This document shows positions 53,293-61,876 of a DNA stretch of 64,000 nt, piece by piece. Below the pieces are notes generated by a model that made no database searches, had not been told where the DNA came from, and worked only from the letters and a program-made list of their open reading frames with translations. The DNA is taken from positions 5,350-69,349 of the forward strand of contig CAYZJP010000006.1 in NCBI GenBank assembly GCA_964478755.1. Reading direction: 5' to 3'. A program made the translations under genes and the position numbers. Position 1 is the first letter of the stretch, and each line of letters begins with the position of its first letter. Source of the stretch: an uncultured Klebsiella sp. (GTDB lineage Bacteria > Verrucomicrobiota > Verrucomicrobiia > Limisphaerales > SXTU01).

Positions 53293-56200
53293 TCACTCAA
53301 ACAACCCTTGAATTTCCTCCCAAGTCAAATTGTCCGCGAGGGTTTCCTCGCCGCCGAGCGTGGCCTTGATGATCGCGCGCTTCTTTTGCTGAAGGGCTAA
53401 AATCTTCTCCTCCACGGTGCCGCGTGCGATGAGCTTGTAGCTCGTCACCACGCGGGTTTGGCCGATGCGGTGCGCGCGGTCAGTGGCCTGGTCTTCCACT
53501 GCGGGGTTCCACCACGGGTCGAAGTGAACGACGGTGTCCGCGCCTGTGAGTGTGAGGCCCACGCCACCGGCTTTCAGGCTGATGAGGAAGACGGGAATCT
53601 TCGCGTTGCCCTGAAACTTCTCCACCACCGCGCCTCGGTTCGTGGTCGAGCCGTCGAGGTAACAGAACTCGATGTTGTCCGCCGCGAGCTTGTCCTTCAG
53701 CAGCGCGAGCATGGTGGTGAACTGGCTGAAGACGAGCACGCGATGCCCGCCGTCAATGGCCTCCTCCAGCAGTTCGCCGAACATCGCCAGCTTGCCCGAG
53801 CTGTCGTCGGTGAACTCGGCGTCCTCTATCTTGAGAAGCCGCAGGTCGCAGCAGATTTGCCGCAGCCGCAGCAGCGCATTGAGCACGACCATCTTGCTCT
53901 TCGCGAGGCCCTGCGCACCGACGGCGTCCATGACTTCCTTTTTGCTGACGGCGAGAACCTGCTTGTAAATCTCCGCCTGGTCGTCGGTGAGTTCGCAGTA
54001 GGAAACTTGTTCGAGCTTCGCGGGCAAATCTTTCGCCACCTCGGTCTTGAGTCGGCGCAGAATGAAGGGCCGCAGCCGCCGTCCGAGCCGCGCCGGCACG
54101 GCCTCGTCCTTGTCACGCGTGATGGGCTGCTCGTAGCGCTCCTTGAAGTCCGCCGCCGAGCCGAGATAGCCGGGCATGAGGAAGTCGAAGATGCTCCAAA
54201 GGTCGAGCACCGAGTTCTCCATCGGCGTGCCGGTGAGCACGAGCCGGTGCGTGGTCTGCACAGCCTTCACGGCCTGCGAGTTCTGCGTCTGGCGGTTCTT
54301 GATGTGCTGCGCTTCGTCGAGCACGAGCGTGTCGAACTCGAACTCACGATACTTCTCCGCGTCGCGCCGGATGAGCGCGTAACTGGTGATGACAAGCTGG
54401 CTCCACGCAACTTCATCGAAGCGCGCGTGGCGGCTCGCGCCGTGCAGCGCGACGGCCTTCAACTGCGGCGTGAACTTCTTCGCCTCCGCGAGCCAGTTGA
54501 AGACAAGCGAGGTCGGGCACACGATCAAGACCGGGCCGGAGAGCTTGCGGTTCGTGTGACACGAGTGGAGGAACGCGAGCGTCTGGAGCGTTTTGCCAAG
54601 ACCCATTTCGTCCGCGAGAATGCCCCCGAATTTGTTCTCGCGGAGAAACTGCAACCACGCGACGCCCTGCCGCTGATACGGACGCAACACGTCTTCGAGC
54701 GCGCCGAGCGGCGGGCAGGTGAGCTTTGTCTGGCCGCTCTGCTGCGACGCGCGTTCACGCCAGCCAGCCGCAGCTTGCACCTGCCAGCCAGGCTGCTGCC
54801 GAAGCGTGGCATCGAGGAAGCCCGCCTGCACGTCGCTGAAGCGGTAGCCGCGCGCGTGCTGCTGCGGCGCGCAGTCTCGCAGCACTTCGTTGAACTCCTC
54901 CAGCGCGCCCGTATCAATCAGCGCGATGCGGCCGTTCTTCAGGCGCGTCGTGCCGTTGCCGGAGAGAATGAGCCGCTGGATGTCGGCGGCGGAAAACTTT
55001 TCGCCGTCCGCCGAGCCGAGCGACATCTCGACATCAAACCACCGCTCGCCCGACGGACGAATCTCGAAGCGCGGTTCCAGCCGCTCGAAGTTCTTGGTCG
55101 TGCTGTGCTGCAACCGCTCTTCCAGCGAAACGTCCCATTCCTTCTGGAGACGCGGGTAATCCTTCGCGAAGAAGCGCACGACCGCGCTTTCGCCGTGGAG
55201 ATTCCAGCGCCCTTGCGCGTCGGGACCGTTGAAGCCCGCGCGCCGCATCCGTTCCGCCGCCGCGACCTCGGCACTGAAGTCACGCGTCGAGTAGCGCGTG
55301 GTGCACTTCGGGTCCGGCAGCCAGAGCGATTCGTCCTTCGCGGTCACGCCCACGGTCATGATGCGCGGGCCGTAAGCGCACTGGAGTTGGGCCTGCACCT
55401 GCGCCAGACCGCCGTTGAGCGCGAGGATGAAGCGCGGCGACTGCGGCTCCAGTGTGAATTCATCAATGCCGAAGTTCGCGTCCACCTCGCTCTCGGCTTC
55501 GAGCACGACGAGCTCCTGACTGAGGAAGAGCGGCACGCGCGTGCGCGGCAGTTTCATCGGTGCTCGGAACAGCTCGCGCCACTGCTTCGGCAGGCCCACC
55601 GGCTCCAGCGAGTCACCGCGAAACGCCCAGAGCGACTCGCCCGCGATGAGCGTGGGCGCGCGAAGATTCGACGGGAGGTTCAGGCGAATCTCCCCGGACG
55701 TTTCCAGCGTGACCTCGACGGGCACGCGCCACGAGGTCGCGCCGATGGCGAGCGGCTGGCCGCGTCCGAGCGCCACGCGCGGGTGCCCTCCGAGCGCGTC
55801 GAGCAGTTGCGTCAACTCGACGAGATTGAGCATGAGGCCGCCGGGCGTTTCGTCGCCGGCGAGTTCCTCGGCCTTGTCGAGCAGGCGCGCGTCCTCGGGC
55901 GAGAGCGCGAAGGGCTGGTTCATCGGCAGCGCGCTCAACGGCGCGCGGCCCTTGGCCCACTTGCCCTCGAACGTGACCATGACTTTCCCGCGCTCGATGC
56001 CTTGCGCGAAAGTCGGCGGGAGGATGACGGAGATTTCGAGCGGCTGGCCGTTGGCGGCGCGCTTCAGCTTCGGCCCCGGCTGCGGCTCCGGCTCGCGCGC
56101 GACGGACCGAGTCGTTCCGAACCGTGCAGGCAGTGGTGTCGCCGTGTCGCTCCCACGCGGGGCGGGCTTGTTGCTCAAAATATGATGCAGCCCCACCGCC

Positions 56201-56454
56201 ACCGAGTGCGCGCAGATGAGGCCGGCCTCGCGGGAAGCGCGGCACGTGCAGAGGTTGTCAATGTCCACCGGCCCCTTGATGACCAGCCCGGCGCGGTAGG
56301 ATGAAGTGCCTTCCTGCACGACGCCCTTGAGCAGCGGCGGCGTCCAGTTCGAGGAGAGCACGCGTTCCGAAGCCAGCAGCGACCGGGCGTTTTTGACCGC
56401 CTCCCAGCCCGCCGCCCTCGTGAAGAAGGCTTCCGTCAACTCGGTGAAACTCAT
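53293..56454 (-). CDS. SWIM zinc-finger / SNF2-family helicase fusion
   Basis: ORF 53293..56586 trimmed to the ATG at 56454 (MSFTELTEAFF). SWIM motif CTCRASREAGLICAHSVAV. Helicase motifs LADEMGLGKT, DEAQHIKN and QATDRAHRIGQ. Confidence 0.9.
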   Translation of the reverse strand: MSFTELTEAFFTRAAGWEAVKNARSLLASERVLSSNWTPPLLKGVVQEGTSSYRAGLVIKGPVDIDNLCTCRASREAGLICAHSVAVGLHHILSNKPAPRGSDTATPLPARFGTTRSVAREPEPQPGPKLKRAANGQPLEISVILPPTFAQGIERGKVMVTFEGKWAKGRAPLSALPMNQPFALSPEDARLLDKAEELAGDETPGGLMLNLVELTQLLDALGGHPRVALGRGQPLAIGATSWRVPVEVTLETSGEIRLNLPSNLRAPTLIAGESLWAFRGDSLEPVGLPKQWRELFRAPMKLPRTRVPLFLSQELVVLEAESEVDANFGIDEFTLEPQSPRFILALNGGLAQVQAQLQCAYGPRIMTVGVTAKDESLWLPDPKCTTRYSTRDFSAEVAAAERMRRAGFNGPDAQGRWNLHGESAVVRFFAKDYPRLQKEWDVSLEERLQHSTTKNFERLEPRFEIRPSGERWFDVEMSLGSADGEKFSAADIQRLILSGNGTTRLKNGRIALIDTGALEEFNEVLRDCAPQQHARGYRFSDVQAGFLDATLRQQPGWQVQAAAGWRERASQQSGQTKLTCPPLGALEDVLRPYQRQGVAWLQFLRENKFGGILADEMGLGKTLQTLAFLHSCHTNRKLSGPVLIVCPTSLVFNWLAEAKKFTPQLKAVALHGASRHARFDEVAWSQLVITSYALIRRDAEKYREFEFDTLVLDEAQHIKNRQTQNSQAVKAVQTTHRLVLTGTPMENSVLDLWSIFDFLMPGYLGSAADFKERYEQPITRDKDEAVPARLGRRLRPFILRRLKTEVAKDLPAKLEQVSYCELTDDQAEIYKQVLAVSKKEVMDAVGAQGLAKSKMVVLNALLRLRQICCDLRLLKIEDAEFTDDSSGKLAMFGELLEEAIDGGHRVLVFSQFTTMLALLKDKLAADNIEFCYLDGSTTNRGAVVEKFQGNAKIPVFLISLKAGGVGLTLTGADTVVHFDPWWNPAVEDQATDRAHRIGQTRVVTSYKLIARGTVEEKILALQQKKRAIIKATLGGEETLADNLTWEEIQGLFE

Positions 56455-56568
56455 CCGCGCGACTGTGGCGCACGTTCGGCACGGTTGGCAAAAATTTTCC
56501 AAAGCGTCGGCCCCAGGAGAGCAGACTTGCAATACGCGGCCCAAACCGTTCGTCTGCCAGAAGCACAA

Positions 56569-58584
56569 ATGCTCAACGCGACGCATTCATCCTCACTCGG
56601 CCCCCCGGCGCGAGGCATGGCTGCGCTGGCGTTGGGCTTGCAGCTCTGGTGCGCGGCGACGGCCGCGTTCGGGGCCGGCGCGGGCAGCGCGGACCCACAC
56701 GCTCATTGGTCGTTCCAGCCGGTGCGAAAGCCGGCGGTGCCGGGCGTGAAAGATTCCGGCTGGGTAAAGTCACCGGTGGACGCCTTCGTCCTCGCGAAGC
56801 TGGAGGAGCGCAAGTGGCAGCCCGCGCCCGCAGCGAGTCCGGTGGATTGGCTGCGGCGCGTTTACTTCGACCTGACGGGCTTGCCGCCGTCGCCGGAGGA
56901 AGTCGCGGCATTTTTGGCTGACCCTTCTCCCGACGCCCGCGAGCGCGTCGTGGACAAGTTGCTGGACAGCGAGCGGTATGGTGAGCGCTGGGCGCAACAC
57001 TGGCTGGACGTGGTGCGCTTCGCGGAATCCGAGGGCTTCGAGTATGACCGACACCTGCCGGACGCGTGGCGGTTCCGCGATTACGTCATCGCCTCGCTGA
57101 ACGCGGACAAGCCGTTCGACCGCTTCATCGCCGAACAACTAGCGGGCGATGAAATCGAACCGGAAAACCGCGAGTGCCAGTCCGCCTCCATCTTTCATCG
57201 CCTCGGCGCGGTGCGACGCAACGCGGGCAACCCTGACATCGCGCTAAGTCGCAACGAGGTGCTCACCGAGCGCACGGACATTGTGGGCACGGCGTTCCTC
57301 GGTCTGACGGTCGGCTGCGCGCGCTGCCACGATCACAAGCTCGAACCCATTTCGCAGAAAGATTATTACCGGCTGCAGGCCTACTTCGCCGCGACGGAGG
57401 AGCATAATGTTTCGCTCGCGACGGCGGAGGAGAAGAAAGCTTGGGAGGAGCGCAGCAAGCAGCTTCAAGGCGAAATCAACGCGCTCAAGAGCAAGGCGAA
57501 GGCCGCTGCCGGCGAGGAGCGCGTGCGGCTGATGGCGCAGATCGAAACGCTCGAAGACCAGTTGCCCGCGCCACCCGCCACCATTCCCGCCACTTGGAAC
57601 GACGCGCAGAAGCGGACGGCGATCACGGTGCTGAAGCGCGGCGTGTGGGAGCAAAAGGGCGAGCCGGTCGGGCCGCGCCCGCCTGATGTGCTCGTGGCTG
57701 ACGCGCGGCCTGAACTTGCCGCCGACGTGGCGAACCCCCGCACCCAGCTCGCGCGTTGGATCACCGACACGCACAATCCGCTCACCGCACGTGTCATGGC
57801 GAACCGCATCTGGCAGCACCACTTCGGCGTGGGCATCGTGAAGACGCCAAATGACTTTGGCCTGCACGGCGACCGGCCGAGCCATCCCGAACTGCTCGAC
57901 TGGCTGGCAACATCGTTCGTCGAGAACGGCTGGCGGTTGAAGCCGTTGCACCGGCTTATCGTGTTGAGCAACGCCTATGCGCAGGCGAGTTCGACCGCGA
58001 ACGCGACCGTCGCGCGGCTCGACCCGGAGAATCGTTTTCTGTCGCACTTCAACCGCCGCCGCCTTTCCGCCGAGGAGATTCGCGACTCGATGCTCGCCGT
58101 GTCGGGCCGGCTCAACCTCCGCACCGGCGGCCCGAGCGTGATGGTGCCCGTGGACGCCGAACTCGTGAAGCTGCTCTACAAGCCGTCGCAGTGGCAGCTC
58201 GCGAAGGACGCCACCGAGCACGACCGTCGCTCGATCTATCTCTTCGCCAAGCGCAACCTGCGCCTGCCGTTCATGGAGGCGTTCGACGCGCCTGCGCTCC
58301 AGACGACCTGCGCCCGTCGCGAGTCCAGCACGCACGCGCCGCAGGCGCTGGAGCTGTTGAACGGAAAACTCTCGAACGAACTTGCCGATGCCTTTGCGCA
58401 CCGGCTTGAGATCGAGTGCGGCGGCGACTCGCAGCGCATCGTGACCCGCGCATGTCAGCTTGCGACTGGCCGCGCGCCAACCGAGTCTGAACGCAAACTT
58501 GCACTGACGTTTCTCCGCGAACAGCCATTGCGCGAATTCGCGCTGGCGACATTCAACCTCAACGCGTTTCTCTATGTTCCCTGA
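56569..58584 (+). CDS. DUF1549/DUF1553 domain protein (PVC-type)
   Basis: ORF 56485..58584 trimmed to the ATG at 56569, followed by a signal-like N-terminus. Contains RRVYFDLTGLPPSPEE, CARCHDHKLEP and NRIWQHHFGVGIV. Confidence 0.85.
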   Translation: MLNATHSSSLGPPARGMAALALGLQLWCAATAAFGAGAGSADPHAHWSFQPVRKPAVPGVKDSGWVKSPVDAFVLAKLEERKWQPAPAASPVDWLRRVYFDLTGLPPSPEEVAAFLADPSPDARERVVDKLLDSERYGERWAQHWLDVVRFAESEGFEYDRHLPDAWRFRDYVIASLNADKPFDRFIAEQLAGDEIEPENRECQSASIFHRLGAVRRNAGNPDIALSRNEVLTERTDIVGTAFLGLTVGCARCHDHKLEPISQKDYYRLQAYFAATEEHNVSLATAEEKKAWEERSKQLQGEINALKSKAKAAAGEERVRLMAQIETLEDQLPAPPATIPATWNDAQKRTAITVLKRGVWEQKGEPVGPRPPDVLVADARPELAADVANPRTQLARWITDTHNPLTARVMANRIWQHHFGVGIVKTPNDFGLHGDRPSHPELLDWLATSFVENGWRLKPLHRLIVLSNAYAQASSTANATVARLDPENRFLSHFNRRRLSAEEIRDSMLAVSGRLNLRTGGPSVMVPVDAELVKLLYKPSQWQLAKDATEHDRRSIYLFAKRNLRLPFMEAFDAPALQTTCARRESSTHAPQALELLNGKLSNELADAFAHRLEIECGGDSQRIVTRACQLATGRAPTESERKLALTFLREQPLREFALATFNLNAFLYVP

Positions 58585-60004
58585 GCCGCGAGTCCATTCG
58601 CGCATCACCCGGACGCGCCGCGAGTTCATCCGCGATTCGGCGTGCGGCTTCGGCGGGCTGGCTCTGGCCGCGCTGCTGCACGAGGAGCAGACCCGCGCGG
58701 CGTCGGTGAACCCGCTCGCGGCGAAAACGGCGCATCTGCCGGCCTCGGCGCGTTCGGTCATCTTTCTCTACATGGCCGGCGGGCCGAGTCACATTGAGAC
58801 GTTCGATCCCAAGCCCTTGCTGAATGAACTCACCGGCCAGCCGAGACCAAAGGAGTTTGGCGAGGCGAAATACCAGTTCATCAAGAACGGCGCGAAGTTG
58901 CTCGGCACGAAGCGCACCTTTCAGAAGCACGGAAAAAGCGGCATCGAAGTCAGCGACCTGTTCCCGCACCTTGCGACGTGCGTGGACGATCTCGCCATCA
59001 TCCGCTCCTGCACCGGCGACGCCGTGGTGCATTCGGCGGCGCAGTATGAACTGCTCACCGGCCGCGTCGTGCCCGGCTACCCGAGCATGGGTTCGTGGAT
59101 GCTCTACGGCCTCGGCGCGGAGAGCCGCTCGCTGCCGGGCTACGTCGTGATGCCGGACCCGGCGGGCGCGCTCGAAGGCGGCCAGCCGATGTTCATGCAC
59201 GGCTTTCTGCCGGCGGCGTATCAACCGACGATGTTCCGGCCCGGCGGCCAGCCAGTGTTGAACTTGAATTTGCCTGACGGCGTCTCGCTGTCGCAACGCG
59301 AACGCACGCTGCGGCTCATCCGGGAATTGAATCAGGCCACGTTGCCGAAGGAAGATTTCGAGTTCGACGCGCGCATCAGCGCCTACGATCTCGCGTTCAA
59401 AATGCAGACCGAGGCGCCCGGCGTGCTCGACCTTTCGCGCGAGCCGCAGGAGACGCTCGACCTCTACGGCATCGGGAAGGAGCGCACGAACGACTACGGC
59501 CGCCGTTGTCTGCTCGCGCGACGGCTTGTCGAGAACGGCGTGCGCTTTGTGACCGTCGTGGCCGGCGGCGGCGCGGGCAACATGCAGTGGGACGCGCACA
59601 GCGACATCGAGGAAAACCACTTGCGCAAGGCCAGCGAAACCGACCTGCCCATCGCCGGTCTGTTGAAGGACTTGAAGCGCCGCGGCCTGCTCGACAGCAC
59701 GCTCGTCGTGTGGGGCGGTGAATTTGGCCGCTCGCCCGAAGCCGAGTCTGGCAGAGGCCGCGACCATCACAACCTCGGCTTCTCGATGTGGATGGCCGGC
59801 GGCGGCGTGAAAGGTGGCACGATCGTCGGCGCGACGGACCCCATCGGCCTGCACGCCATCGAGCAGCCGCATCACTTTCGGGACATCCACGCGACAATTC
59901 TCCATCAGCTCGGCCTCGACCAGCACCAGCTCACTTATCCGCACCTGGGCCGCGACGAGCGGCTCACCTTCATCGAGGGAAATGTGATCACGGACATCGT
60001 CTGA
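58574..60004 (+). CDS. DUF1501 (sulfatase-fold) protein with Tat-like signal
   Basis: Contains [21 protein letters not shown] and C-terminal [21 protein letters not shown]. Confidence 0.85.
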   Translation: MFPEPRVHSRITRTRREFIRDSACGFGGLALAALLHEEQTRAASVNPLAAKTAHLPASARSVIFLYMAGGPSHIETFDPKPLLNELTGQPRPKEFGEAKYQFIKNGAKLLGTKRTFQKHGKSGIEVSDLFPHLATCVDDLAIIRSCTGDAVVHSAAQYELLTGRVVPGYPSMGSWMLYGLGAESRSLPGYVVMPDPAGALEGGQPMFMHGFLPAAYQPTMFRPGGQPVLNLNLPDGVSLSQRERTLRLIRELNQATLPKEDFEFDARISAYDLAFKMQTEAPGVLDLSREPQETLDLYGIGKERTNDYGRRCLLARRLVENGVRFVTVVAGGGAGNMQWDAHSDIEENHLRKASETDLPIAGLLKDLKRRGLLDSTLVVWGGEFGRSPEAESGRGRDHHNLGFSMWMAGGGVKGGTIVGATDPIGLHAIEQPHHFRDIHATILHQLGLDQHQLTYPHLGRDERLTFIEGNVITDIV

Positions 60005-60014
60005 CGCCGCACCC

Positions 60015-61301
60015 ATGCGCGCCACTTCGCTCATCCGCATCGTGCAGCTCGGGATCAAGAGTCTCCTGCTGCACAAGATGCGCTCCGGCCTGACGATGCT
60101 GGGCATCATCTTCGGCGTGTGCTCGGTCATCGCGATGCTCGCGATCGGCGAGGGCGCGAGCTACGAGGCGCAGCAGGCGATCAAGAAGCTCGGCTCGAGC
60201 AACATCATCCTCCGCAGCATCAAGCCCGCGCAGGACTCCAAGACCGCCAACTCCGGGCGCAGCTACGTCAACGAATACGGCATCACCTACGGCGACGTCA
60301 CGCGGCTGGACGCCACCATCCCCGGCATCCGGCGCGTGCTGCCCATGCGCATCATCCGCGACGAGGTGCGCTTCAACAACCTCGTCCAGCAGGCCCAGAT
60401 CATCGGCACCCATCCCATCTATCCCGAGATGAGCAGCGTGGAAATCCTGCGCGGCCGTTTCCTCACCGAGACTGACGAGACGCACATGAACAACGTCTGC
60501 GTGCTCACCGTGAGCCTCGCGGAAAACCTTTTCCCCTACCAGGATCCGCTCGAGGAGGAGGTGAAGATCGGCTCGGAATACTTCACCGTCGTCGGCCTGT
60601 TGCGCGAGCGCGCCACCGCCGAGAAACGCCCGCAGTCCGGCCAGACCGAGGGCCAGCCGCTGGACAGCAACGTCTATATGCCGTTGTCCGCGACCCGCGC
60701 CCGCTTCGGCGAGACCATCATCCGCCGCTCCGCCGGCACCTACGAGGCCGAGAAGGTCCAGCTCCACCAGGTCACCGTGCAGTTTCATTCCGTGGACGAC
60801 GTGGAAACCGCCGTGCCGCAAATCCGCACGCTGCTGAAGCGCTTTCATCCCAAGAGCGACTACGAGATCATCGTGCCATTGGAGCTGCTGCGCCAGGCCG
60901 AGCAGACCAAGCACATCTTCAACATCGTGCTCGGCTCCATCGCCGCCATCTCGCTCGTCGTCGGCGGCATCGGCATCATGAACATCATGCTCGCCACTGT
61001 CACCGAGCGGACCCGCGAGATCGGCATCCGCCGCGCGCTCGGCGCGAAGAAGCAGGACATCATCACGCAATTCCTCGTCGAGACGGTCGTGCTCTCCGTC
61101 GGCGGCGGACTCATCGGCGTGGTGGTGGGCGTGCTGACGCCGCTCCTGGTGTCGCAGCTCACCGACATGAAGACCATCGTCACCCCGCTGTCCGTGCTGA
61201 TTTCCTTCAGCATCTCCGGTGCGGTGGGCGTGGTGTTTGGGATTTACCCGGCCTCGCGCGCGGCGGCTCTCGACCCCATCGAGGCGCTGCGGCACGAATA
61301 G
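60015..61301 (+). CDS. MacB/FtsX-type ABC transporter permease
   Basis: 428 aa with an N-terminal TM segment, a large periplasmic domain, and a C-terminal FtsX region ([20 protein letters not shown]). No adjacent ATPase gene. Confidence 0.8.
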   Translation: MRATSLIRIVQLGIKSLLLHKMRSGLTMLGIIFGVCSVIAMLAIGEGASYEAQQAIKKLGSSNIILRSIKPAQDSKTANSGRSYVNEYGITYGDVTRLDATIPGIRRVLPMRIIRDEVRFNNLVQQAQIIGTHPIYPEMSSVEILRGRFLTETDETHMNNVCVLTVSLAENLFPYQDPLEEEVKIGSEYFTVVGLLRERATAEKRPQSGQTEGQPLDSNVYMPLSATRARFGETIIRRSAGTYEAEKVQLHQVTVQFHSVDDVETAVPQIRTLLKRFHPKSDYEIIVPLELLRQAEQTKHIFNIVLGSIAAISLVVGGIGIMNIMLATVTERTREIGIRRALGAKKQDIITQFLVETVVLSVGGGLIGVVVGVLTPLLVSQLTDMKTIVTPLSVLISFSISGAVGVVFGIYPASRAAALDPIEALRHE

Positions 61302-61365
61302 CGGTGTCCCATGCGTCCACAGAACAGTTCGACTGCGCGCGCCCCGGCGATTATTGTTTCGCACC

Positions 61366-61755
61366 ATGAGCAAAGACGCATCGCGGGAACTGGTCGCTGA
61401 GATGGCGGGCGTTTATCGGGACGCGGAGGAGGCACGGGTCGCAAACTTCCAACGGCTCAACGCGGAATCGCATCTGCGGGATCGCCCCATCTGCGCCGGC
61501 CAGACGGTGTGGACGGTTTTTCTGGAGCCGGTCACGCCCGAGAACGCAGCCGACCATCCGGGCTACGTTCTGTTCGCGGGAGAAGTCCACGACACGCGGG
61601 AGGCGGCCTACGAAGTCGTGATCAATGGACGGCTGCAGACCTTCGAGCGCGTCCGGCTCCACCTCCGGCGAGAGGACGCTGAACAGGAGGCGCTGGTCTG
61701 CAACGCGGCCATCGCCCGTCGTCTGGCCGAGTTGCACGACGGGGAACTGGCCTGA
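61366..61755 (+). CDS. Hypothetical protein
   Basis: 129-aa ORF from the ATG at 61366 (MSKDASRELVAEMAG), with coding-like codon usage. I recognise no motif in it. Confidence 0.45.
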   Translation: MSKDASRELVAEMAGVYRDAEEARVANFQRLNAESHLRDRPICAGQTVWTVFLEPVTPENAADHPGYVLFAGEVHDTREAAYEVVINGRLQTFERVRLHLRREDAEQEALVCNAAIARRLAELHDGELA

Positions 61756-61876
61756 GCCGCTTCAACTGCCCGGTTTGGAACCGGGAAAGATTTTTACGGA
61801 CGACTCAATCCTGCCGTCGGGGAAACAAATCCGCGGGGAAATTGAAGAAGCGTGCCGTCGAGGCAATCGGACTAGC

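Larger units (their letters stand above)
52650..53358. mobile_element. hicBA insertion module bounded by 66-bp imperfect direct repeats (SNF2 3' end)
   Basis: The direct repeats at 52650-52715 and 53293-53358 bracket hicB and hicA. No integrase or transposase lies inside. Calling this a mobile or recombined cassette is an inference. Confidence 0.4.

Noticed and set aside
56477-56502. A sigma-54-like GGCACG...TTGGCA motif and an AT-rich quasi-palindrome TTGGCAAAAATTTTCCAA in the divergent SNF2/DUF1549 intergenic region.
   Set aside because: The GG-to-GC spacing is 2 nt too short for a -24/-12 promoter and the palindrome is imperfect. The region is probably a promoter region, but I cannot support a specific site.
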